Shown here: positions 30,585-39,936 of the stretch, piece by piece
How positions within the stretch are numbered: position 1 is the stretch's first letter
Layout of the letters: the number at the start of each line of letters is the position of its first letter
NCBI GenBank assembly: GCA_963753345.1
Contig: CAVWBU010000032.1
Location: 1 to 64,000, forward strand
Reading direction: 5' to 3'
Length of the DNA stretch: 64,000 nucleotides
From: an uncultured Fibrobacterota bacterium
GTDB lineage: Bacteria; Fibrobacterota; Chitinivibrionia; Chitinivibrionales; FEN-1185
Notes under the pieces: model-generated
The model's input: only the letters and a program-made list of their open reading frames with translations
Told to the model about the DNA's origin: nothing
Database searches by the model: none
Program-made: the position numbers and the translations under genes

Positions 30585-30626
30585 CCGTCGCACGGCATAA
30601 CCAAATTATGAGGAGGAGGAAATATC

Positions 30627-31727
30627 GTGAATGATGGTCTGAAGAATGAAGCAGCGCAGAGAAACTTCACACCGCCGCCGTACTTAGTTTCGTATGCTTT
30701 TACAAAGAAATGCAATCTCAAGTGCAAGCATTGCTACAGCGATGCTGCGGAGGAGTGCGCGCAGGATGAACTTTCAACCGGTGAGGCGAAAAAAGTATTG
30801 GACGAATTTGCCGGCCTGGGAATAAAACTTCTGATTTTCGACGGCGGAGAGCCTCTTTGCAGGGAGGATATTTTTCTTCTCGCCCAATACGCATCGGAAA
30901 AGGGATTAAGAGTGGTTATCGGCAGCAATGGCACATTGATCAATGCGGACATGGCTCAGAAATTGAAATCTTCAGGCATCATGGCGGTGCAGATATCAAT
31001 TGACGGCGCCGGCGCCCGGACGCACGACTGGTTTCGGGGAGAAGACGGTTCCTTCAATAAGGCGATGGAAGGCGCCAGGGCATGCAAGGCAGCGGGATTG
31101 CCTTTCCAGTTCGGCATGACCATCAGAAGAGGCACGCTCAACGAAATACCCGAAATGTTGAAACTGGCGGTAGACTCCGGAGCGACCGCTGCGGAATTTT
31201 TTGATTTGGTCCAGGTTCAGAGGGTCAAGAGGGAGATCCCCAATGAGGTGTTGACGCCGGACGAAAGAAAGAACGTTATGGAATGGCTGGCGGATGCCCA
31301 GCGAGACTGCTCAATAATAATTAGGGTGCCCGGCTGTCCCATGTACACGTTGCTGCTTCAGGAGAAGGACATACAGCCCAAACATTTTCCCGCTGGTTTG
31401 CTTAAAAGAATTCCCTATCACGGAAGAGGATGCGCGGCCGGGATGCCGAACGGCTACTTGACAATCCTTCCAAACGGGGATGTGATATCTTGCATGCTTC
31501 TCCAGATAAAGCTGGGTAATGTCAAAAATGAAAGCATCACGCAGATATGGAACAATTCCCGGATTCTGCAGCGGCTCAGAAATCGGAACTTGTTGGAAGG
31601 AGAATGCGGCCGATGCGTCTACAGGGATAAATGTGCCGGGTGCCGTGGAAGAGCCTATGAAGAGACAGGCAATGAGCTGGCAACTGATCCCGGCTGTTGG
31701 GTTGCCAGTAAAGGAAAATTATTGTGA
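30627..31727 (+). CDS. radical SAM/SPASM protein (NirJ/AhbCD/PqqE-like)
   Basis: CNLKCKHC, DGGEPL, GCAAG, CGRCVYRDKCAGCRGRA..DPGC. Confidence 0.85.
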   Translation: MNDGLKNEAAQRNFTPPPYLVSYAFTKKCNLKCKHCYSDAAEECAQDELSTGEAKKVLDEFAGLGIKLLIFDGGEPLCREDIFLLAQYASEKGLRVVIGSNGTLINADMAQKLKSSGIMAVQISIDGAGARTHDWFRGEDGSFNKAMEGARACKAAGLPFQFGMTIRRGTLNEIPEMLKLAVDSGATAAEFFDLVQVQRVKREIPNEVLTPDERKNVMEWLADAQRDCSIIIRVPGCPMYTLLLQEKDIQPKHFPAGLLKRIPYHGRGCAAGMPNGYLTILPNGDVISCMLLQIKLGNVKNESITQIWNNSRILQRLRNRNLLEGECGRCVYRDKCAGCRGRAYEETGNELATDPGCWVASKGKLL

Positions 31728-32020
31728 AAAATTTAAGTTTGATCGGTTTGGCCCTGGGTTTCTTCATGGTATTACTCACCGGGTTTGGGCATATCATTAT
31801 CATAAAAGGGCATTATTATTTCGGCGTCAAATTCTGGCCCTTGTTCCTGATTTTTGGTCTTTTATCCGTCATGGCTTCTGTTTTTGTCAAGAATGTTCTC
31901 TTATCAGGTGTGTTGGGAATTGCCGGGTTCATATTTTTATGGTGTATTTATGAGCTTTTCGAACAGGAAAAGCGTGTCGAAAAAGGGTGGTTTCCCAGGA
32001 ACCCCAAGAGCAGGACATGA
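31724..32020 (+). CDS. small membrane protein (DUF4491-like)
   Basis: GHIIIIKGHYYFG..WCIYELFEQEKRVEKGWFPRNP. Confidence 0.7.
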   Translation: MKNLSLIGLALGFFMVLLTGFGHIIIIKGHYYFGVKFWPLFLIFGLLSVMASVFVKNVLLSGVLGIAGFIFLWCIYELFEQEKRVEKGWFPRNPKSRT

Positions 32021-32254
32021 CAGGCAATCGGCACATCGGTCGGGTGGCCGGCCCGCGATTGCAGTAACCGTCTGTAAAGAGCACCGTCAAGGACGAGAGT
32101 GACACACTATATGTTGTTTTTGGCCACACACGGCACCTGCGCGGAGCTCCAGAGGTATTTTAGGCTCGCCCATGATCCAACTCCTTGCATTTTCGTCTCA
32201 GCCGCACCTATTTTTTGTTAAGAAGATACCGGCAACGTTCTCAGGAAAAGAAGT

Positions 32255-32977
32255 GTGTTAATGATGTATCGGGGATGTGCAACGGCAATTCTCATGCTCT
32301 CATGGACCGCTTTCTGCGGCCCGGTCTTCAGCGTGGGGGCGAATGTGGGCGGCACGGCGTCCATGGTGGAAGTCGATAAGGTGCCGCAGGAGATCAGTAT
32401 CACGGCGACGAACTGGACAGGATACGTGAGTTTCGGGTTGTTTGGCGAGGTCAAATTGAACGAGTACTTTGGTGCTGGATTGGGGATCTCCTACGAGGGA
32501 CGCGGCGGGTCTGTGGACGGGTATTATCCAATTCCGCTTCTGGGTAACCTCACCGGGGAGGAAACGTATGAATACCGATACCTTCAAATTCCGCTCTATC
32601 TGAAAGGTACGATTCCCCTCATGATCCCGGGAAGCGTGTTTGTGACGCTCGGGCCGGAGCTTGGCGTGAAGCTCGAATCTCAAAGAACGCTGCATATTGA
32701 CAATTGGAACAACCCCAACAATCCAAAAACCGACGACATCGACACGCTTTCGGAGCCGATCGATTGCGGCCTCAGCGCAAGCGTGGGCTACGAGCTTCCA
32801 ATCTCATGGTTCGGCGGTCTTCGCGCGTATGTGGGATATTACTACGGCTTTATCGACATTTACGATGACAAATCCGTGACAACCACCGGCAGCAGTCTCG
32901 ACTACAACATCTTCAACCGCGCCTTCAAATACGGCCTTTCCTTCTACGTCAATATCAACTCCCCGCGCCGGCGCTAG
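32255..32977 (+). CDS. outer-membrane beta-barrel protein (PorT-like)
   Basis: signal peptide, alternating beta strands, YLQIPLYLK..LGPELG. Confidence 0.7.
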   Translation: MLMMYRGCATAILMLSWTAFCGPVFSVGANVGGTASMVEVDKVPQEISITATNWTGYVSFGLFGEVKLNEYFGAGLGISYEGRGGSVDGYYPIPLLGNLTGEETYEYRYLQIPLYLKGTIPLMIPGSVFVTLGPELGVKLESQRTLHIDNWNNPNNPKTDDIDTLSEPIDCGLSASVGYELPISWFGGLRAYVGYYYGFIDIYDDKSVTTTGSSLDYNIFNRAFKYGLSFYVNINSPRRR

Positions 32978-32995
32978 GCGCTCCCCGGACCACGC

Positions 32996-34580
32996 ATGGC
33001 ATTTTCCCTGGCCGACTACAGCGACATAACGCCCCTGGGCAAAGGCGGCATGGCGACCGTGTACCGCGCGGTGCAGACGTCTCTGGGCCGGCAGGTGGTA
33101 ATCAAGAAACTGGGCGGGGAGGAGCCACCGGAGCCGGACGTTGCACGGCGGTTCGAAAACGAGGCGCGCGCGGCCGCAGGCGCTCGAGCACGACAACATC
33201 ATCCGCATCTACGACTACGGCGTGGACAACGGCGCGTTCCACATCGTGATGGAGTATGTTGACGGGTGCGACCTCGAGGGGCTGCTTGCGGAGCCGGAGT
33301 TCCCGGTGGACACGGGGCTGATGATCGTGTCCCAGGCGCTTCGGGGCCTGCACTTTTCGCACGGCCGCGGCATCGTGCACCGCGACGTGAAGCCCGCCAA
33401 CATCCTGGTGGCGGCGACCGGCCGCGTCAAGATCGCCGACTTCGGGCTTGCGCTGTCCGATGCGCAGTCGGCGCGCTTTACCCGCACGGGCGCCGTGGTG
33501 GGCACCCCGCATTACATGGCGCCGGAACAGCTCGACCTCGAGCACGTGCGCGACCGCCGCGTCGATGTGTGGGCGGCCGGCGTGGTGCTGTACCGCGTGA
33601 TTGCGGGGCGGCTCCCGTTCGACGGGGATTCGCTCCCGGTCATCGCGTACAACATCGTGCACCGGAAGGAGCGCGACATCGCGCTGTACGGCCGCGGGCT
33701 GCCGCGCGACCTCATCCGCGCAATTGACAAATGCCTTGCAAAGGACCCGGCAAAGCGGCTTCCGTCGCTCGAGCCGCTTATCGGGTCCATCGACGACATG
33801 CTGTATAAAAAAGGCGTGCGCGACCGGGCGGGCGCGATAGCGGCGGTGATTGCGCAGAAGAGCTGCAAGGGGCGCGAGGTGGTGTGGGACGGCAGGTCGG
33901 AAACAAGAATTACGTCCCCGCTGCGCGCCGTGCGACCGGCCGCGGGGAGTGGGAGATTGAAGAATTCGGTTCGGCCGATTCTTGTGGCCGCGGCCGTGCT
34001 GTGCGCTGCGCTGGCGCTCGGCGGAGCACTCTACTTCGGGACAACCCATAACCGCGCCGCACCGGAAGACGGCGCGGAAGCACCGGCCGTGACGCACCCG
34101 GCGCCTTGGCCGAAGCCTGCACCCGCTCCACAAGCGCCGGAATCGCACACTGTCAAGCAGCCGGGCAAGCCTCTTGCGACGCAGCGCGCGATCGCGCACG
34201 CGCCTCGCGCCGTCCCGCACGCCGAGCAGGAAAAGCCCGCGGCTCCCGCCGCCCAGGCCGCGGTCCGCGAAACTGCGGTCGCGGCGCCTGGCAACGGGCC
34301 TGTACCGGACACGCAGCAGGCCGCGCATCCGGCTGCGCCCCTGCCGCAGGCGGGAGCGGCCGTCGGCACGGGTGGTCTGTGCGTTCTGTCGTTTCCCAGG
34401 GCAACCGTGTCCATTGACGGCAGGAGCGCTGGCTCCACGCCCATCGAGACGCCGCTTGACATAGCGGAAGGGAAGCATACGGTGTCGCTTGATGCGCCGG
34501 GGTACGAGACAAAGGAGATACCGGTGAATATAAAGAAGAACAAGGTGGAATGGGTGAAGGCAAGGCTGGAGAAGAAGTAA
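32996..34580 (+). CDS. Hanks-type Ser/Thr protein kinase with TM, Pro/Ala linker and PEGA domain; frameshift near 33175
   Basis: LGKGGMATVY, HRDVKPANIL, DFGLA, GTPHYMAPEQ; ATVSIDG..GSTP..GKHTV. Confidence 0.9.
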
Positions 34581-34592
34581 TAAAGAAAAGAC

Positions 34593-34622
34593 TTGAAAAT
34601 GGGTAGTAATATTTACTATACT
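34593..34622 (+). promoter_or_regulatory. sigma70-type promoter with overlapping palindrome (likely TA operator)
   Basis: TTGAAA-18 nt-TATACT with tagtaatatttacta in the spacer. Confidence 0.55.
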
Positions 34623-34645
34623 TAAGTCGTAGGTACTATAGGAAG

Positions 34646-35023
34646 ATGATGATTGTCTGCTTGAATAGGGTGTTTGCCCGTCTCTTGAAAAAGGCGAGCA
34701 TTGAAAATGACAATATCAACGAAGCCATCAGTGAAATTGTGCAAGGAAATTGCATTCCATTGGGTCATAAGCTTTTCAAGAAGCGAATTGGTTCGCGGTT
34801 TCAGGGGAAGCGGGGTGCGTACCGGAGTATTCTATACTATCGAAACGGTGAGCTCATGGTGTTCGTATATCTGTTTGCCAAAAGTGATCGCGAAAACATA
34901 ACATACAAAGAAATGAAGGAGCTGATACAGCTGGCCCGTCTTTACGACACTCTGGACAGTCGTGCGGTAGAAGCTGCGATCAAAGAACAAAGATTTTGGA
35001 GGTGGCCCCGTGAAAAAGAATAA
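34646..35023 (+). CDS. RelE/HigB-2-like toxin
   Basis: LFKKRIG..GKRGAYR..VYLFAKSDRENI. Confidence 0.8.
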   Translation: MMIVCLNRVFARLLKKASIENDNINEAISEIVQGNCIPLGHKLFKKRIGSRFQGKRGAYRSILYYRNGELMVFVYLFAKSDRENITYKEMKELIQLARLYDTLDSRAVEAAIKEQRFWRWPREKE

Positions 35024-35345
35024 CGGAAGAAACAAAAAATGGCCCGCAATAACCGAAGTTGTACGCGAGTCGGTGAAGGATCTGTATGGAATTGTTGACA
35101 TCTCGGAGACAATGAAGAATTTCGACAGGCTCCAATACGAATGCCCGAAGACCTATACACCCGACAGAATTGTGCGTCTCCGGAAGCGCAGGCTTCACAT
35201 GAGTCAGCCTGTTTTCGCCTCTGTCTGCAACATCAAACTGCCAACCCTTCAAAAATGGGAACGCGGTTACTCAAAACCAACGCCGCCGGTGAACCGGCTG
35301 TTTCAGCTCGTGGAAAAAGGTGGGCTTGACCTGATAGCACGATGA
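35010..35345 (+). CDS. XRE-family HTH antitoxin (HigA-like)
   Basis: LRKRRLHMSQPVFA..TLQKWERG..P; overlaps toxin. Confidence 0.8.
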   Translation: MKKNNGRNKKWPAITEVVRESVKDLYGIVDISETMKNFDRLQYECPKTYTPDRIVRLRKRRLHMSQPVFASVCNIKLPTLQKWERGYSKPTPPVNRLFQLVEKGGLDLIAR

Positions 35346-35452
35346 CCGTAACCCCGGCCCCTGGTTTTCTGCCAGAAAACGATTTTTTTCCGATAATCCC
35401 AATTTGCCATATTAAAGAGGTATATTGATGAGGACAGAGGAACCTGGTCCGG

Positions 35453-36235
35453 TTGCATCCTTACGAACGGCGGCATCAGCAAAGGAGGATGGTTATGCCT
35501 GGGGAAATGCTGGCGCTATGCACACTACTGCTTGTCTCCAGTCTATTTGCTGAGATAACCCATGGAACCGTCACCATGCCCACCACAAAATCGGGATTTA
35601 TCATAAGCAAAGATTCGTTGATAACCTCATTCCCTTCACTATCTCCGCCGGTGGATGTACTCATTCAAATCGGAGGCTGTACGCTTTCGTGCCCGGGGAC
35701 ATGTTCCTACGGTATTTCGGGATGCAACGGCATATGGGAATTTCAGGTCCCGCTTGATTCGATAGATTTTAATAATACCATCGATACGTTAAATGCAGCC
35801 GTCATAAAGAGAAGAGACCCGGGAATTTCGATCATAGCGCAATACCTTTACGGAAAGGAATCGAACCCGAACATTTCCTTCATGGTGAGGGATTGCCTCG
35901 GCAACTTCGCGGTTTTTCAAGTTGTATCGGTTGAAACAAAACCGCAAGTCCCTGCCGGTCAGGAATGCTTTGGCTATGAAGTATTGACCATCACTGCAAA
36001 TTGGGTTTATCAATCGGATGGCAGCTTGAGGTTCCAGCCGCCCACTGCCGTTGCACAAAATCCGGCCTGCAGGGCCTTGAACATGTCACGCAAGGGGGGC
36101 TTTGAAATAGTTCCGTCGATGTTCGCCAAGGCGAACAGGCCCGCCTATGATATTATGGGACGCCCTGTAAAACCATCAAATGTCAAGTCGGCTTCCATGG
36201 TCATTCAGGAGAGAAACATACCTGTCGGCAAGTGA
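35453..36235 (+). CDS. hypothetical secreted Cys-containing protein (start probably 35489-35507)
   Basis: signal-like LALCTLLLVSSLFA; C-terminal YDIMGR tail. Confidence 0.6.
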   Translation: MHPYERRHQQRRMVMPGEMLALCTLLLVSSLFAEITHGTVTMPTTKSGFIISKDSLITSFPSLSPPVDVLIQIGGCTLSCPGTCSYGISGCNGIWEFQVPLDSIDFNNTIDTLNAAVIKRRDPGISIIAQYLYGKESNPNISFMVRDCLGNFAVFQVVSVETKPQVPAGQECFGYEVLTITANWVYQSDGSLRFQPPTAVAQNPACRALNMSRKGGFEIVPSMFAKANRPAYDIMGRPVKPSNVKSASMVIQERNIPVGK

Positions 36236-36293
36236 GGGAGGGCTTTTCTCGGGACATAGTTGGCAGGGACTCACTCAATACCGGCGTGGTCCC

Positions 36294-36353
36294 TCTGCTG
36301 GCGCGCCAGGCAGTACCGGAGGGTGAGCCGCCGCAAAGTGGCGGGGCGCCCAA
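36294..36353 (+). repeat. internally deleted module B
   Basis: gcgccaggcagtaccggagggtgag joined directly to the ccgccgcaaagtggcggggcgcccaa end. Confidence 0.6.
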
Positions 36354-36577
36354 GACTAGACAGTTATATAAATATGCGCTTTTCCCCCTTTTCTTTAATA
36401 TATTAATGGCTGGAGGGGGGACTTTTCGAAACGGGCAAAGGCGCGCCCGACACCATTCTTTAATTTTTTCCCCCGCTTCAGTTCAATAGATCGACAGACC
36501 GTGCGCAGAGCTCGTACCGGGCGGGTCATTTTGAACTTGCAATTAAACGATTAATGAGGACGCAAGGAGGGGGAATC

Positions 36578-39361
36578 ATGGTGGTGAAAAGATTGATGAT
36601 CGCGGCGTTGTTGGGCGCAATGGTTGCGGCTATCGCAGGATATGCGGAAACATTTGTCTTGGACCCGTCAATAAGGCCGAGGATAAACCTGGGTTCAACG
36701 CCGTGGAAATTCACCAGGGGCGATCCTATCGGCGCGTCAACCGTTGCCTTCAGCGACGCGGCCTGGGGGACCGTGGGGATTCCGCACACGTGGGGCGACA
36801 CGCTTTCCTTCCTGAACATGGGCGCGGGCGGACCGGGCAATGGATACGATGCGAGCACCTGGTACAGAAACCATTTCACGCTCGACAACGCCTATGCGGG
36901 CAAGAAAATTTTCGTCGAATTCAGGGGCGCGGGAATCGGCGCCGCGGTGTATATCAACGGCACCTTCATTCCGGGCAACAGCGCGTACAACCCGAGCGCC
37001 ACGCACGTGATCGCCTTTATTCCCTTTATCGTGGACATCACACCGTATGTCAAGTTCGGCGGAACCGACAATGTTCTGGCGGTCAAGGTGAGCAGCACCG
37101 GCGGGATCTACAACGACCCGGGCTTTGCGGAGGCCTTCAAGTACGGCATGGAATGTGTGGGGCTTTTTAGGCCCGTGTACATGCATATCTGCAACAAGGT
37201 CTATATTCCCGCCAATGTGTACTCGGTCGTCAACAACTGGGGCACGTATGTGGGCGCCGTTTCCGCCACCGACGCGTCGGCCGACGTGCGCATTCTCACC
37301 CACGTGAGGAACGAAAGCGGCGCTGCGGCGAACGTGACCCTCACCACCAAGATCGTGGACGCAACGCACACGGTGGTGTGGACCGAGGACAAAACGCAGT
37401 CCATTCCCACCGATTCGGCCTTTGTGTTCGACCAGACCGCCACGGTTGCCAATCCCACGCTCTGGTATCCCGCGAACAGCCCGTACGGCAAGCCGTACCT
37501 GTACAGGGTGTACCATATTGTCAAGGTAGGAACCGCGACGGTGGACGTTTTCGAGACCCCGCTCGGCATCCGGGTGATCACCTGGAGCGCCGATTTTCCC
37601 GTTATCAACGGCCACCCGCATTACCTGTGGGGCGGCGCCTCGCGGTACGACTACCCGGCGCTGGGCAGCGCCCAGACCGAGGAACAGCAGTGGCGCGACG
37701 CGAAACTGATGGCCGACTGCGGCGGCAGCCTCTGGCGGCCGGGGCACGCCACGGCCAGCGGCGAATTTACCGAGGCATGCGACCAGTTCGGCGTCATGAT
37801 CATGCAGCCCAGCGGCGACATCGAGGGCACCCTCAACAACCCGTCGGCCTACCAGTACGGACTCAAGAAAGAGCTCCACAGGGACATGGTGATCCGCGAC
37901 AGGAACAATCCTTCGATTCTCGGGTGGGAAGTGAGCAACGGCCCCATCAGCGCGGCGCTGGAGACCGACATCCGGCAAACCGTCGACAGCGTATGGGACC
38001 CCGTCCATACCCGGGCGATGTCCGACCGGGGATACTGGAACGCCATACCGCAGTTCACCGCCGGGATCGTGAGCACCATTTCCTGTTCGTACACCGGGTG
38101 CGAGATCGCGTTTCATCAGCAGTATCCCGCCATACCGTCGTGGGGCGCGGAATCGTGGAGCGGCAGCAGGGGATTCCGGTTCGATTACGACAACGAATTG
38201 ACTTATGCAAATGAATATATCCAGAACTGGAAGAACAGCAAGAAGGGGAAATGTTTCGGTCTCACCCAGTGGTACATGGCCGAAACGCCGGGCGAAGACG
38301 GCGTGGGCAGGTCGTTCGGCACCTCGATGATGGACTGGAACCGAATCCCTAAAATGCTGTATTACATCTACCAAGCGTGCTGGATGAATTATTCCGTGAA
38401 GCCCGTGGTAAGGCTCGCGCATCACTGGAACCGCGCAGGCAACATAACCGAGAACGCATTTTCAAACTGCCCCTCGGTGCGGCTGCTCATCAACGGGACC
38501 AAGCAGGGCAACGATCAAATACCCTATCCGGACACGGGCAACGGCACCGCGCTGATGCCCAGACAATGCCAGTGGAATGTGACGTGGGCCACGGGAACGG
38601 TGACGGCCGAAGGACTTGACGCAAACGGAAACGTGGTGTGCACCGACCAGAAGGTGACCGCCGGCGCGCCCGCGTGCGTTGCGCTCACCGTTGCTTCTCC
38701 CATTGTAAAGCCGTGCGACGGCGACACCTTTAAAATCTATGCAAACGGCTCCGACGCGGCCTTTATCCTCGCCACGATTGTCGACGCGCAGGGCAACTGG
38801 TGTCCCACGTCCACCCCCAATGTAACGTTCAGCGTGTCCGGGCCCGGCAATTACCGCGGCGGCGCGGACAACAACACTTCGGGCGCCGGCGGTCAGTTCT
38901 ACCATTCGCCCGGCGACCACGAGCTCACCGCCGAAGGCGGCATGTGCAAGGTCGCGGTGCGGTCGACGTTTACCGCTGGAACAGTTACCGTGAACGCCAA
39001 TTCGCCCGGGTTGTGCCAGGGCACCGCAACGTTTACCACGCTCCCTGTTCCGCCGCCTCCGCCCGTTGCAGTGCTTGGCCCGAAATTTATTCAAAGAAGT
39101 GCAGCGGCGAGCGTGCAGATGCGGATGATAGGCCGCACCCTGCGCTATTTCCTCAACGTGCCCGCAACGGTGTCGTTCGATATTCTCGACGCGGGCGGCA
39201 GGGTGGTGCGGCATGTCGCGCGTTTCAGGCAGACCGAAGGCTGGCACCCGCTGATGCTTGGTGATGGGACGAGCGGCGCCAGCGGCGACGGTGTTTATTT
39301 TGTACGGTGCAGTGTGGATCAGGGGAGCTCATTTGTAAAGAGGGTAATAGTTCTCAAGTAA
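36578..39361 (+). CDS. secreted GH2-family glycoside hydrolase, copy 1
   Basis: WYRNHF..KKIFVEF, GLFRPV, LGIRVITW, RDRNNPSILGW, DUF4982-like AFSNCPSVRL; C-terminal sorting-like domain. Confidence 0.85.
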   Translation: MVVKRLMIAALLGAMVAAIAGYAETFVLDPSIRPRINLGSTPWKFTRGDPIGASTVAFSDAAWGTVGIPHTWGDTLSFLNMGAGGPGNGYDASTWYRNHFTLDNAYAGKKIFVEFRGAGIGAAVYINGTFIPGNSAYNPSATHVIAFIPFIVDITPYVKFGGTDNVLAVKVSSTGGIYNDPGFAEAFKYGMECVGLFRPVYMHICNKVYIPANVYSVVNNWGTYVGAVSATDASADVRILTHVRNESGAAANVTLTTKIVDATHTVVWTEDKTQSIPTDSAFVFDQTATVANPTLWYPANSPYGKPYLYRVYHIVKVGTATVDVFETPLGIRVITWSADFPVINGHPHYLWGGASRYDYPALGSAQTEEQQWRDAKLMADCGGSLWRPGHATASGEFTEACDQFGVMIMQPSGDIEGTLNNPSAYQYGLKKELHRDMVIRDRNNPSILGWEVSNGPISAALETDIRQTVDSVWDPVHTRAMSDRGYWNAIPQFTAGIVSTISCSYTGCEIAFHQQYPAIPSWGAESWSGSRGFRFDYDNELTYANEYIQNWKNSKKGKCFGLTQWYMAETPGEDGVGRSFGTSMMDWNRIPKMLYYIYQACWMNYSVKPVVRLAHHWNRAGNITENAFSNCPSVRLLINGTKQGNDQIPYPDTGNGTALMPRQCQWNVTWATGTVTAEGLDANGNVVCTDQKVTAGAPACVALTVASPIVKPCDGDTFKIYANGSDAAFILATIVDAQGNWCPTSTPNVTFSVSGPGNYRGGADNNTSGAGGQFYHSPGDHELTAEGGMCKVAVRSTFTAGTVTVNANSPGLCQGTATFTTLPVPPPPPVAVLGPKFIQRSAAASVQMRMIGRTLRYFLNVPATVSFDILDAGGRVVRHVARFRQTEGWHPLMLGDGTSGASGDGVYFVRCSVDQGSSFVKRVIVLK

Positions 39362-39374
39362 TCAAAGTTCGCTT

Positions 39375-39882
39375 GGGGGGGGAAGGCTCCCCCTCGCTCC
39401 GGCCCGGCATGCGCGCTCAAATTTCTGCTCGCTGATTATCGCATGCCGGTCCTCCGCTACCCCCTCGTGGGTGGCCCCCAAGGGAGTTGATTTGCAAGAA
39501 AGAAACATTTGCTGCGGGGGCGCCGAGAAAGAGCGTTGAAAAGTTGAAACGTAGAATTGTTGAATAGTCAAGGCCGGAAAACTGAAAAGCAAAAAAGCAA
39601 AGTGTCATTGCGAGCAAAGCGAAGCAATCACCCGAAGCAATAGTCAGCGGTAGTTGTTTTGAGGATTCGGATTGGCGCGAAAAGAAGTAATTGACTGAAG
39701 AGAATTCCGTTGCCGCGCGTTAGGTGGACCGGAGGGTGAGCCAGAGCGAATTGCCGACTGATCCCTAGCCGAAGGCGGTAGGGACAGGCGGCAACGAGGC
39801 CGGAGGCCGACGACCCTTGGAAGCACCCGAAGGGGTGGACCGAAGGGAGACCGGCCCGAGCGTAGCGAGGGAAACGCCCAAT
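39375..39882 (+). repeat. composite element: module A (39375-39530) + gttgaa tandem spacer + module B (39711-39882)
   Basis: homologous to 42757, 46158, 52214, 56537 and 57012 copies. Confidence 0.85.
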
Positions 39883-39936
39883 TTCTTGCTATCTATGGGA
39901 AAATTATTATAACACAAAAAGGGGGGAGAGGCAAGC

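Noticed and set aside
39711-39730. gcgcGTTAGGY in module B as attC R' sites
   Set aside because: No complementary RYYYAAC/L boxes upstream; the structured part lies downstream of the GTT, unlike attC.
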